DNA of 64,000 bases from Candidatus Poribacteria bacterium (GCA_965218095.1 OZ244587.1:4064001-4128000); one strand, 5' to 3'. Positions 50,308 to 60,765 are shown, numbered from the stretch's first letter. The notes: generated from the letters alone by a model not told the origin. Program-made: numbers and translations.

Positions 50308-51153
50308 ATGCAAGAGAAGCAATCACTTCGGTTTCTCGTCGTCAAGGCGCATCCACACGATTTCACGCACTGTGCGGGGACTTGCGGCATCCACGCTGCC
50401 CAGGGCGACGCCGTCACCGTCGTCAGCATGACAAATGGCGTGGGTACGCACAACGAGCGGCTCTACGACGAACTGCTCAAACCAGAGGCGGAGCAGGACG
50501 CCAGCATAATCAACCAGACGTCAGAGGAGTACGCACAACTCAAGGAAAAGGAGTTTCGTGAGGTCTGCGCTCTCTTCGGGGTGACGGATGTGCGAATCCT
50601 CGCTTTTCCAGACAAACCCTTCCACAAAACGCCGGAAGCGGTGGAGGCGTTGCGGCAGATCATCTACGACGTTCGTCCCCATGTGTTAATCACGCAGAGG
50701 CCTTATCTTAGTGGGCATCACGGCATGGCCTCCGGGGCTCACAATGACCACGACGAGACCGCATTCGCCATTCTGGAGGCGCAAGGATTAGCGGGGACTC
50801 CGAGCTACGGCAGCCGGCAGCGGCCGCATACGATTGCAGCGACTTACTATCCCGGCGTCTATTTCATGCCGGACGAAATCGACTTCTATGTGGACATCTC
50901 AGAATGGAAGGATCAGCGGGTTCAGGCGGAAATCCTCTTCAGTAGTCAGGGGCACACGGAGGCGTTTGCCCGCAAACGTATCGAGATTAACGCGGGCCAC
51001 ATGGGGTGGGCTGCCGGAAGGGAGTATGCCGAGGGGTTCGTGCGTGCAAGACCAGAAGTGATGCCACGGATCATCGTGCCGGAATCCGCCCTGGAGCGGG
51101 CTTCGGAGCCCCGTCAAAACCACCTGAAGCGTATATCGGGTGAGCTGAAGTAA
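50308..51153 (+). CDS. PIG-L/LmbE family deacetylase
   Basis: AHPHD (variant of AHPDD), T.G...H, LAFPD, HNDH, VDIS....R, AEGF; RBS AAGGAGG. Confidence 0.85.
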   Translation: MQEKQSLRFLVVKAHPHDFTHCAGTCGIHAAQGDAVTVVSMTNGVGTHNERLYDELLKPEAEQDASIINQTSEEYAQLKEKEFREVCALFGVTDVRILAFPDKPFHKTPEAVEALRQIIYDVRPHVLITQRPYLSGHHGMASGAHNDHDETAFAILEAQGLAGTPSYGSRQRPHTIAATYYPGVYFMPDEIDFYVDISEWKDQRVQAEILFSSQGHTEAFARKRIEINAGHMGWAAGREYAEGFVRARPEVMPRIIVPESALERASEPRQNHLKRISGELK

Positions 51154-51175
51154 AGATTAGATGAAATGAGAGGAA

Positions 51176-51216
51176 GGAAGGATGGAAGGGGGAATAGACA
51201 ATCCTTCCATCCTTCC
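51176..51216. terminator. 14-bp perfect hairpin downstream of the deacetylase (GGAAGGAT-type repeat)
   Basis: GGAAGGATGGAAGG / CCTTCCATCCTTCC; no strong U-tract, so function is uncertain. Confidence 0.5.
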
Positions 51217-51229
51217 AATATGATACTGA

Positions 51230-52337
51230 TTACTTCCAGACAACGTCGGACCAACAGGCAGAATCGGCGAAAACCGCGGAGGGCAGTGGTGGGGCGGACC
51301 GTACGGCTGGAACCACTATCAAGGTTTTAACATCATCTTCCACGGGCTCACTATCGCCACCGAATGCACCCTGCTACTCACCGGTGACTTCGGTTATCTT
51401 GAGCTCCTGCGCTCACAGATCACAGTGCTTTTGGACAATGCAATAACACGCGAAGATGGTCAACTTCTCGTGCCGACGCGCTACGGTCCCAAAGGCTGGC
51501 ACGAACCAGCTCCCACGCCTTTCCAATTCACTGGCCCTCAACCGATGCGAATGCAAGAGTTAGCGCATCTGTATCATGCCTCAATGGACCCGCAGGATTA
51601 CAAGTTGATCGCCAGGGTACGGGTAGGCGAGGTTGAGCGCGATTGGAATCAAGTCCAGAGCGAGGGAGAAAAAAATGGCGGAACTACGGAATTGGCCCGC
51701 TTTCAGTACTATGATGGGAAGAATCCCGATTGGCCCGAAAAATTAAATTACTGCGTGCAGAGTATCAAATGGCATTAGCAACCTTCGAGCAGATACGTCG
51801 CGATACACGCGATGTCGCTGCGTTGCTTGAGGAAAATGCGCACCCATACAATCCCGTTTTCACGAAGGGCTTGACGCAGGTGATGCTCGGCGCGCGCAAT
51901 CTGTTTACAACGGTGGCCTTTTGCGTGCAACTGTGCGCTACTTCAACCAGGATGGCACCCGACCGGGTTTGCCGAAAGACGTTGCTGCCCTCGCCGACAA
52001 GCTGGCGTCTGACCTGGTGGGCATCCAGCCTGTAAACCTGAGTCGAACCGAAACCCGAAACATGATTGTGCAGGCAGGGGCCTTCGGGGAACACCAGTTT
52101 ACCGGGGTGAGGTATTAGGAAGAGAGTCAAGATGGCTTGGCGGAAAGTCCCACCAGATGGCTCAGAGAGGGAAGGTCACGAACGGAAAAAGTGGTTCCCA
52201 TTGACGTGGCGTATTTCGCCATCGAACTCCCGCCCTCAACGGCAATTGGGGTGGAGACCGGCATACGGCGTTTTGCGAATCAGCCCAGCTATGCCTTCCC
52301 CTGGCACGGGAACAAAATACCGGCGCCGTTTCAATAA
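51230..52337 (+). pseudogene. Multiply frameshifted C-terminal part of a large uncharacterised protein
   Basis: Consecutive overlapping plus-strand ORF pieces (51425, 51730, 51921, 52137) read as one protein: ...VRYFN....RPGLP.DVAAL.......V...VNLS..ETR..IVQAGAFGEHQF...RFANQPSYAFPW. Confidence 0.8.
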
Positions 52338-52340
52338 AAT

Positions 52341-52547
52341 TAGGACTTACGCACTTCGCTTGCGAAAATCGTGTCCTATTTCCTACTGTGTGTGAGTATG
52401 GCTTTGACGCATGACAATTGCAATCCAATGGTGGCGCATCGCTTCGCAGGTTAGGAAACCTGCGCCACGAGGGTGTTTAAGTCCTTTCCTCCGACATGCT
52501 ACAAAGTCAAGTGAGGACGATACTTTATATCAACTGCGTAAGTCCTG
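52341..52547. mobile_element. MITE with GGACTTACGCA terminal inverted repeats, copy 2 (opposite orientation to copy 1)
   Basis: TAGGACTTACGCACTTC ... TCAACTGCGTAAGTCCTG. Confidence 0.8.
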
Positions 52548-52609
52548 AATAGTGTTGTTTACTCCTTCAAAACGATCGTGCCGGCACATTTAGATTGGGA
52601 GAGGAAATT

Positions 52610-52772
52610 ATGAATCAATCATCAACTCTGATTGTGAATGCAATTAATAATTTCGATGAATTTCGTGAACATGTCCAAGTGTCAGCTTCACATGAACTGA
52701 TCGAGCTAGTCTCAGAACAATTATACCAATCACCTCTCAAAGCAATAGAGGAACTCGTTGTAAATGCCTACG
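52610..52772 (+). pseudogene. N-terminal remnant of a GHKL (MutL/Hsp90-like) ATPase gene, cut off at the IS5 remnant
   Basis: LIELVSEQLYQSPLKAIEELVVNAYD is the GHKL N-box. The sequence switches to antisense IS5 transposase right after it. Confidence 0.75.
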
Positions 52773-53360
52773 ATGGCGATAAAATTGTCGGAGTCATATC
52801 CCTTGTCTCCAATCACATACTCGCTTTTATATCCAAGTATCAACGCTTCTGCTTCCGCTATGTCGTTTCTTTGACCGGGCGTCAGATGAATTCTTAGTGG
52901 ATTACCCAGGCCGTCAACGGTGATGTGAATTTTTGTACTGAATCCCCCGCGAGAGCGACCTAACGCTTGGTTTTCAGTGCCACCCTTTTTTTTAAGGCGC
53001 CCGCCGCACACGGGTGAGCGCGGCAGATGGTACTGTCCACAATAAGCGACTCGATATCGGGGTCGGCGGCGAAGTGGGGGTGGATCTGTGTGAAGCCCCC
53101 TTTGTCGCACCACCGAGCAAACCGCTTATAGAGGGTGTTCGATTTACCATAGGTGTCTGGCAGAATCCGCCATTGAGCACCGCTACGGGTCGCCCAGAGA
53201 ACAGCTTCGATAAAGCGGCGTGTTGTCGCTTCGTTGCCAACATAGATGGTGGGACAGCTTAGAAGAAACCGGTATATCTTATTCCATTGTTCATCAGGTA
53301 AGGTTATTGGCGTCATTCTTCTTATGCCACAACCTTATACTCAAATGTCAACAGAACCTA
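52773..53360 (-). mobile_element. IS5-family (IS427-like) element, 3'-truncated; two-ORF transposase joined by a -1 frameshift
   Basis: orfA 52960-53316 (L.DEQW, RRFIEAVLW..RSGAQWR.LP..YG...T.Y.RF.RW, IVDST..RAH). Slippery TTA AAA AAA AGG, then ALGRSRGGFSTKIH..VD.LG.P....LTPGQ.ND...GDKGYDS. Left end (C)TAGGTTCTGTTGACATT. Confidence 0.9.
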
Positions 53361-53361
53361 G

Positions 53362-54192
53362 TGACCAGAAGCCTTCAATCGTGTTAGTATGGGCGCTGCC
53401 GTCCACGAATTGCCTCGCTTGGTGATTGACCACTTCGTGAGGCATGATAGGGTCTATGACCCTATAAGATTGGAATTCATCAGTCATTAAGACACTTCCA
53501 TTTAGATTGACGTTTTCATTGATGAATTCTAGTATGGTTTTCCCGGTGAGGTTGTCGGTCGGGCGAGCGATAACCTTACCCCCCTCTCAACCATTCCAAT
53601 CACGGACGTTTTGTTCGTACCACGTCCACGTTTGGAAGGTTGAGTGGGCTCCCTTCCTTCATTTCTTCTGCGTGGTTTCCCCCCAATGTAGGTTTCATCA
53701 GCTTCGATGATGCCCTGCAGGAGGACATCTTCTTGGCTTGCCATCTCAGCACGGATACGTGTAAGCATATACCATGCCGTCTTTTGATTCATTTCTAGGT
53801 CTCTCGCCAATTGGCAGCTTGATATGCTTTTCTTGGCGTTAATGACAAAGCTGATGCCTAAAATCCACTTCTGTAAGGGTATCTTGGACTTGTGAAACAT
53901 AGTCCCCGATAACACGTTGAAACTAGACTTACAATCATAGCAATTCCACCGTCCAAGATGGCATCGCCAGTGTGCTGCTTGTTCTTTTTCACGCCTGCGA
54001 GCTACGTGATCACTGCCACAATGCGGGCAAGTCGTATGTTCACCCCACCTTGTTATCTCAAGATAGGATATACATGACTCGTGGTCAGGTAACATTTCAA
54101 AGATTTCCATCAAAGTCATAACGACTATCCTTCCTTTATCATGGTCTGCTAATTTTTGGAAGTAATACACTTCTTACAAGGTGAATAACGCT
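53362..54192 (-). mobile_element. IS1595-family element remnant (frameshifted, interrupted by IS5)
   Basis: Zn ribbon CPHCGS..C..C, GT.FHKSK.PL.KW, S..QL.R.L...QKTAW, IEADETYIGG; shifted-frame continuation LMTDE..SY...H..VNH...HTNTIEGFWSL ending at the IS5 end. Confidence 0.88.
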
Positions 54193-54218
54193 CTTTTGCC
54201 TCAGTGGGTATGGGTGTT

Positions 54219-54695
54219 TCAGTATCCCCATAAGCCCTTGCTTACTGATTTTGCTATATCCTCATAATTCTGAAACAATGGCATGTATTCAAATGGATAC
54301 TTAATGTACGCCTTGCCATACCCTTGACGGACTAGCTCTAAGTTGACGAACAAGCCATCTGGCACTCGATATACATACGCCAGCAGCCTGCCATATTTCC
54401 CACGTTTTTCATCATCATACTTCAAATATACTGATTCCCCAAGTAACAAGTTTTTGGTGAATTCAGTGGCTTGTGGGCCGTATGGTTCAACAGGTTGGGT
54501 TGGGTATACAGTCTCTGGCGTGTCAACGCCAATTAAGCGAACAATCTCCTTCTTCTGCTTATACTTAATTTCAATCGTATCACCATCAATTACCCGGAGT
54601 ACCTGATATGATTCACTTTCGTTAAAGTATTTTAACTTTACTACCACCACAATAAATACAATGAAGATCACCCAGAATACGTGCTTACCCTTCAT
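54219..54695 (-). CDS. Thermonuclease (SNase) family protein with an N-terminal membrane anchor
   Basis: RVIDGDT, VRLIGVDTPE, YGRLLAYVY, VNLELVRQG, A.....GLW; RBS AAGGAG. Confidence 0.92.
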   Translation of the reverse strand: MKGKHVFWVIFIVFIVVVVKLKYFNESESYQVLRVIDGDTIEIKYKQKKEIVRLIGVDTPETVYPTQPVEPYGPQATEFTKNLLLGESVYLKYDDEKRGKYGRLLAYVYRVPDGLFVNLELVRQGYGKAYIKYPFEYMPLFQNYEDIAKSVSKGLWGY

Positions 54696-55295
54696 TGTTG
54701 TATCTCCTTTAGTTAATGTTAGATTATTGTATATCAACAAGGATGCATCTGAAATTACTTCTAACTAAACTGGCATAGCAGTTCCAGATGTAATCACCCC
54801 AAAGTCAATCATAGCTTGCGTTTCAACGTCTTTAGTATACCACATTTTTTCACGTTTTTCAAGTCAATATCTACTATTTTTTGTGGCTTTAGGATGGTAT
54901 ATTCATTCTTATTCCTCAGTAGGTAAGCATAGGTATTTCTCTAGTAGTGGGCATGAAAAAAGCCCAACTTTGATTGAGTGGCTCAATCCAAAACTGGGCT
55001 TGTTAGTCTTGCCTGCGTGAATTGTTGCTTCTATTCAAATAATTTGATAATTAATGATAAATTCTGTATACTTTGATTGGTGAATTAATATCTATTAGGC
55101 GTGAAAGTCATAATGACTTCCTGAGTCTAATCAATGGATGAATATCCGAATACTTTGATTATGTGAGATAATGATGGTATAATCAGGTTGAAAATCTGAC
55201 GATTCAGTCTCATTATTTAGAACTACCATTCTAAAGAAAGGAGGCTGAATGCTCTGACAAAAATCAATCAGGACAGCATAGCACCTTGAAAGGAA

Positions 55296-55550
55296 GTGAT
55301 TACTATGTCCAAAATCGATCTAGATAGTCCAGAATTCTATCGATACATGCTTAAAGGGTTTCATCCTCAAGACAGTGAACAAGACTGGGTTGAGGCAAAT
55401 CTAAAAGCAATAGAGCTAGATAGCATCGCACCTATCCATGATTTTATGTTTAAAGAGTCCAGGGAATCACGCACGCCAGAAGTATTTCATATAATGATGA
55501 CGTGTGATCCCATTGCACTCTATAACGAAGGCGTCAAAGCCAACCGTTAG
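55296..55550 (+). CDS. Small hypothetical protein
   Basis: 84-aa ORF with an upstream AAGGAAG; no family recognised. Confidence 0.35.
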   Translation: MITMSKIDLDSPEFYRYMLKGFHPQDSEQDWVEANLKAIELDSIAPIHDFMFKESRESRTPEVFHIMMTCDPIALYNEGVKANR

Positions 55551-55706
55551 CCTGAATCATCAGATTTTCAACCTGATTTTACGATTGATTTCTGTCCCTG
55601 TCAAGGCAATAATGCACCCCCCGTCTTTTTTTTGCTTTTTCTCACTTTCTCACTTTCACACCTGCACACTTTCCCTTTTCCCCCACATCAAACGCAGATT
55701 CAGCAG

Positions 55707-56111
55707 TCAACATCTACTAATCGCGATTGATTCCGTATGGGCTGGAATCAAATCTTGCGTGCCCTCAAATGCCTTCAGGTAGGTCCTTCCGAGTACAAAA
55801 CAGATTGAAGCGTAGTTATTGCATAAGAGGTCTGAAAACGTTGTATTGACTTGGAGTTGCAACTCAACGGCCCGCGACGTGTCCATCTTTCGGTCATACC
55901 ATGCGGTTGGGAAAGCACCCGGGATAAGCCCATAGGCAGCAGATAAGATGTACACATCTAGCCCCCCTGCCTGACGTGGACATTCACGAAGAAAACGACG
56001 TAAGACTAAAAATGGCGGACCGTTGTATCTCTCAATTGCAGGTAACGGCTCCTGAACCTCGTGTTTCCGTTGTGAGCAGGATAGAATGAGTAACCGTCGT
56101 TTGTCGTTCAT
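55707..56111 (-). pseudogene. DUF6884-domain protein (apparently C-terminally truncated)
   Basis: RLLILSCSQRK....LPAIERYNGP.F.VLRR.L......DVYILSA.YGLI......YD.KM ... LG.TY..A. Confidence 0.7.
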
Positions 56112-56362
56112 GGCGTCTCTGTAGTCGGGATATTTGAGAAACGAATTGACTTTTCAAGAAGAAAGGGGATCTCCTGCAAGGTCAAAGTAGGAAAAGGGGA
56201 GGGATGCCAGAGAGATCTTAGACTCGCTGGCATTCAAGAGGTTAATCTTCTAGTAACTGCATGACTCCATCTGCTGATCTTTGGCTTTGAAGCGTGGGAC
56301 GATTTTTTAGGGAAGGGAGGCGTGGACTCGGGTTAAGGTCACTTCGGATTTGAGGCGGAATC

Positions 56363-57679
56363 TCAAGGAACAAAATTATGATTTTCATCAAAAAGAGGAA
56401 TCAAATCCTTGCTTAATCCAAAAGAAGTATAAATCTCTTTTACTAAATCGTAAGCAACTTGATCTGGGATAAACTCTGGTTCAATATTCTGTTGCGTCCC
56501 AATTGCATCAGATTGCATGTACACATTCTGAAATTCCTCGACTCTGCTAAAAAGTGGATTGGATGGATGCCTTCCCACTAATAGAAATCCGCTAAGATTA
56601 CGATATTCCTGTTGGACGATAATTTTAGAATCAATACCAACCGCTGAGTAAATTGCTTTAACCAACCTCATGAATGTAACCGGAAATTCACATACCGCAT
56701 AAGGATACAACCACTTTGAATCGGCAGAAATTCCGCTCTCTTCCTTGAACCATTGGAAGTGATCACTAGACAGCGGAAGCCTCAGTTCAAGGAATCCATT
56801 TTTTAAAATAATTACTTCATAGTCCAATACATCTACGCCCTTAATTCCCTCAGGAGAATCTTCTATTCTCTCAACCCCTATAAAGCCGAACCCGGTTCTA
56901 CGAACATTCTGTGGATCCCGCAAAATAGCGTGTACCTCTTGTTCCTGCGTAGAAACTGCATCAGGATTGAGCGTTGTGGGTACTGCGAGGATTCGGTAAT
57001 AAGGTTCGTCTGATATAACCTCCTCAAATCGTAGTTTCATTAAATGAAGAAGGTCCCCAACTCTTTGCTGTTCTAAGGCGTCCTCTTGAGGAGATATCGA
57101 ACTTCTCCTGCTCTGCTGTATATTCCTTGAAATGGCATCCAATTGAGCCTGAATCGGTGGATAATGGCGGCTCGCAAAAACTTCAGCCAGTTCGGACATA
57201 GGATATTCTCTGATGTGGTTGCCATACCGTTTTACAAAGTGGGTAAAGTTTTTCCAGACGAAACTGTGAGGACGTAGATCACTCGGTGGGATATGAATAA
57301 TTACAAGAGTGATGTTCTTACCGTTCCATTCAAAAGAACGCGTATTCACTTCCAGATTCCGAATGCGCGGGTCAATAGATTCTAGGCAAACGCTGTAAAT
57401 GCTTTGCGCTATTTTGTCAGGATTCTTTACGGGGAAAAAACCTTGTGCTATCCCGGCCTTTTCTTGAACACCAATGATAATATATCCACCTTCTGCATTA
57501 GCCATGGCGGTGACATCCTTGCATATTTCGCGTTTGTACTCTTCTTGGTCGGTCGAATCACGGTGATAGTCTTGCCGCTTGAAATCAATCCACTGGTCTT
57601 CTTCCTGATTGCCAATCAAATCTATTAATTCTTGGTCGGTGATTTCAGAAATGCGGCGACGGCAATTGTCAAATATCAT
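56363..57679 (-). CDS. Schlafen/AlbA_2-domain protein
   Basis: N-terminal EDQWIDFK...EICKDVTAMANAEGGYIIIGVQE...IDPRI...IHIPPS..RPH....KRYG; long uncharacterised C-terminal domain. Confidence 0.88.
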   Translation of the reverse strand: MIFDNCRRRISEITDQELIDLIGNQEEDQWIDFKRQDYHRDSTDQEEYKREICKDVTAMANAEGGYIIIGVQEKAGIAQGFFPVKNPDKIAQSIYSVCLESIDPRIRNLEVNTRSFEWNGKNITLVIIHIPPSDLRPHSFVWKNFTHFVKRYGNHIREYPMSELAEVFASRHYPPIQAQLDAISRNIQQSRRSSISPQEDALEQQRVGDLLHLMKLRFEEVISDEPYYRILAVPTTLNPDAVSTQEQEVHAILRDPQNVRRTGFGFIGVERIEDSPEGIKGVDVLDYEVIILKNGFLELRLPLSSDHFQWFKEESGISADSKWLYPYAVCEFPVTFMRLVKAIYSAVGIDSKIIVQQEYRNLSGFLLVGRHPSNPLFSRVEEFQNVYMQSDAIGTQQNIEPEFIPDQVAYDLVKEIYTSFGLSKDLIPLFDENHNFVP

Positions 57680-57775
57680 TTAATCTATGCCCCTCTTTGC
57701 AGGCGGCATTCCTTTCTCGCAAATCAAGGCAGGGGTATCGCTCCTATAGCATAGCAAACCAATTGAATCTGTTGA

Positions 57776-58663
57776 TTACAATTCACGATAATCCCCTTGA
57801 AACACCTCTCTAACATGCCAGCCAATGAACTCTACCGCCGGATAATAGGACTGCCTTTGAGGAAACTTGATTTTTTTACCGTGGAACCTCATAAGCCATT
57901 CCTGAAAGCCTACTGAACCGTGTGCATCATCTGATACCCGTATTTCTAATTTCTCGGATAGCGCAAAAGCCCCACGGTCAAATAGCTTATGGTGTAGCGA
58001 ACATAGAGCCAATCCATTCACTTCTGTATCGGGGCCATCTGCCTGACGCCATTTGATATGAGAGGCTTCTAACGCAACGGGCTGATGACCCAATTTCACA
58101 TCAAAGTCACAGACAGCACATTTATATTCGTAGGCTTTCAGGATATTTGCTCGGAAGTTGGGGTCGCGCCTTTGCCGCTTAGAAATCTGGAGAGGGAACT
58201 CAATCCCAACAGCCTGTAAAATGTCTTCATGAAACGAAAAAGGGAAATGAGCGTCTAGCAGGCTCTGGATTATCTCAAAAGACAACTTGGAATCGTTCTG
58301 AAGTTGATGGGCAATATCTTCTATGAACCCTCCAGAAACGTCGTAACGAACCAGATCGCCTTTTAGAGCGTCCCCACTTGCTGTTTGCCCAATTTTATCG
58401 GTATCGGATATCTCCCAAATTCCATCATTTTGGAGCCGCCAAAACGGATACTGTGTTCCATAATTAGCTTGTTTGGGTCCAAACTCCCTCAGTAAGTTTC
58501 CAAGGTTCTCATCTATTTCGGAGTATGGAAGGAGGCGGTTCTCACCTCGTAACAATTTCCCAATGGCATACAGAACCAGCAAGGGCTTGTGAGGTGCTCT
58601 CTCGTCAGCGTTTTTCCACACCTTTAATTGTTCAAATTTATGAGCAATTGATTCTTTGTCCAT
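57776..58663 (-). CDS. Phosphorothioated-DNA-binding (SBD) HNH restriction endonuclease
   Basis: SBD motifs RAPHKPLL.L and YPFWRLQNDGIW; HNH RDPNFR..IL.AY..KCAVC...LEASHI..W....GPD...NGLALCSLHHKLFD.G. Confidence 0.88.
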   Translation of the reverse strand: MDKESIAHKFEQLKVWKNADERAPHKPLLVLYAIGKLLRGENRLLPYSEIDENLGNLLREFGPKQANYGTQYPFWRLQNDGIWEISDTDKIGQTASGDALKGDLVRYDVSGGFIEDIAHQLQNDSKLSFEIIQSLLDAHFPFSFHEDILQAVGIEFPLQISKRQRRDPNFRANILKAYEYKCAVCDFDVKLGHQPVALEASHIKWRQADGPDTEVNGLALCSLHHKLFDRGAFALSEKLEIRVSDDAHGSVGFQEWLMRFHGKKIKFPQRQSYYPAVEFIGWHVREVFQGDYREL

Positions 58664-58793
58664 TTTTCACGCTCTGCTACTTGGGAGAATCTACAATAAG
58701 CTACGCACACTCACAACTCGCAAATCAGACACGGCTTATCATCATATCAGTGAGACTTTCTATCAAGACATGATTTGGTCGCATCGTTTTCTT

Positions 58794-60695
58794 TTATTCC
58801 ATTTGTCTAATGTCGTCCACTACTGATTTCAACAGCAGTACTTGAATCTGTGAACCTGACTTCGTGTCTTGTAGGTAACGGGTTACCCCTAGATAAACGT
58901 TATCTGGATAATATTTACTGTGTTTTATATCCACAAACCCAAACTGATCTGACTTTGAAGAACCTTCCTCCCATGCAATTACCAATTTTAGCTCGCGAGG
59001 ATTTTTGGCTTCTCGTTCTAAATCTTGAATCAACGAAGATGCAGTCACCTTGAACTCTATTGCTGAAAGTTGTCTATCATCCGCCGGTATGACCGGATCC
59101 GTTTTATCTCCACTCCGTCTTAGGATGAATCTTCCATCAAAGGGATCCATCTGTGATAACCCAAAACTCTGGTAACCGTCAATGTATCCTCTGCCGAGTA
59201 ATTCAAAGAAGAGTGCGATGACATCATTCTCATCTCTAGGTACTTTTTTAATCGCGAGTTCAGAGATATTTAGACTGTCGCGTTTCAAGAAGAAGTCGTA
59301 TTGTTCATCGTCATCTGACGAATTAACTCTTCCAACCCAGTTGCTTGCCGCTGTTTGAATTGTCGTTGCATAGGCATCATTCACAAACCGGCGTATACGA
59401 CTAATCAAGTGATTATCAGTTAATTGCGACTTGCCGTAGTTTAGGGTTGCATCCACATCTATGACCAAATCAAAGCTACGGGCATATGACTGAGTACGAC
59501 CTCGGGTTAGATCTACTTCGTGTGTTGTGACGACTCCATTTGCTGAAATCACACGTTGACTTCCACCGGGAAGGAATTCTTCAAACAAGGGTATCTGACC
59601 AATAGTGAGAAGAATTCCGTTGATTCGCGGAAACAACATCTCTTTATATTTCTTTATTGACTCCTTCATTCCTTTGGGGAGCTTTCCATTCTTGTCAGTG
59701 ATAAGTTTCTCGTAATCTTCCGCATCGGCATAAAGGCAGGTATTAAACCCTTTCCATGTTCGAGTAAGATTTGTACCTCCGCGCCCTAATGATTGATCAA
59801 ATAAGCCGGGGCGATCTTGTTGAGGCACCCAATTACAAGTCTCTGAGACAAAAAGGTATTCAGGACTAATCTTGAATGAAAATTGCGTTTTTCCATCAAA
59901 AAGGTCTCCAATTTCATCACTGAAGTCCGCCGGGGGGTTGGAGCAGGTGACATGTGTGTGAATAGTCGTGTTCAATAGTTCCTGTTTCCCGCCGAGGTAA
60001 TTCAAAACATCCCCGGCATAGGTATAGCGACGGAGAAAAGCAGCCATTAAGCCAGCAAGTCGGTTTTCATAAAAACCGCGTTCTACAGCTAATTTTAAAG
60101 TCTTGCCAAAGTCAGAATCATTACCTCGTGGCAAGCATTGGTCGTACATACTTTGTATAAATTGCTTAACAGGATTATCCTCGGTATGTTCGGGAAAGCG
60201 ATAATAGACTTCCGTCCCATTATTTAATGGAGATGGATCATCAGGGAATTGACTTGGGACTTGTAAATTCGGCGGTGGGTCTTTTTCAAATTGGTAAGCG
60301 TCTGAGATTTCATAACGAAATGCCCCTTGATCTGAACTTGCCCGGAGGCGAAATTCTTTAGAAGAAAACAATACGACTTTTATTCCAACTCCCACAAGTC
60401 CAAAGAGTTTTCGATTTCCAGAGCGTTTTGTTCCACCACCGAGGAACAGAAGGCTTGGATCGTTTGGAAAACCGATACCAGTATCAGTAACTGTAATAGA
60501 TTTCTGGTCTAAGTCAAGATTAATGTTGATTTCATGAGAGACTCCATCATCAACTTCAACAATAGCGTCAATGGCATTCTGAAGGGCTTCTCCTAAAACA
60601 ATTTGGGTTGGATTATAAGCATTAATTGTCTGTCTGAGCTGATGCCGGTAATGCTCACTTAAATTCGAGGGATTTAGCAAATCTAAGGATTCCAT
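58794..60695 (-). CDS. GHKL (HATPase_c_3/MORC-like) ATPase fused to a C-terminal PD-(D/E)xK-type nuclease
   Basis: N-box EALQNAIDA, G1 DTGIGF, G2 GLVGVGIK, G3 GTEV; C-terminal P.DENDVIALFFEL...PFDG...AIEFK...LVIAWE. Confidence 0.8.
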   Translation of the reverse strand: MESLDLLNPSNLSEHYRHQLRQTINAYNPTQIVLGEALQNAIDAIVEVDDGVSHEININLDLDQKSITVTDTGIGFPNDPSLLFLGGGTKRSGNRKLFGLVGVGIKVVLFSSKEFRLRASSDQGAFRYEISDAYQFEKDPPPNLQVPSQFPDDPSPLNNGTEVYYRFPEHTEDNPVKQFIQSMYDQCLPRGNDSDFGKTLKLAVERGFYENRLAGLMAAFLRRYTYAGDVLNYLGGKQELLNTTIHTHVTCSNPPADFSDEIGDLFDGKTQFSFKISPEYLFVSETCNWVPQQDRPGLFDQSLGRGGTNLTRTWKGFNTCLYADAEDYEKLITDKNGKLPKGMKESIKKYKEMLFPRINGILLTIGQIPLFEEFLPGGSQRVISANGVVTTHEVDLTRGRTQSYARSFDLVIDVDATLNYGKSQLTDNHLISRIRRFVNDAYATTIQTAASNWVGRVNSSDDDEQYDFFLKRDSLNISELAIKKVPRDENDVIALFFELLGRGYIDGYQSFGLSQMDPFDGRFILRRSGDKTDPVIPADDRQLSAIEFKVTASSLIQDLEREAKNPRELKLVIAWEEGSSKSDQFGFVDIKHSKYYPDNVYLGVTRYLQDTKSGSQIQVLLLKSVVDDIRQME

Positions 60696-60765
60696 TTACA
60701 ACCTCCATTTGATATTAATGCACATTAAATGTGTTTAGGGACTTTGCACCAACTTTTCCAGTTAA

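Noticed and set aside
52730-53113. Frameshift in the IS5 transposase as pseudogene damage
   Set aside because: The A-run at the orfA/orfB overlap is the normal programmed -1 frameshift of IS427-type elements; the real damage is the 3' truncation.
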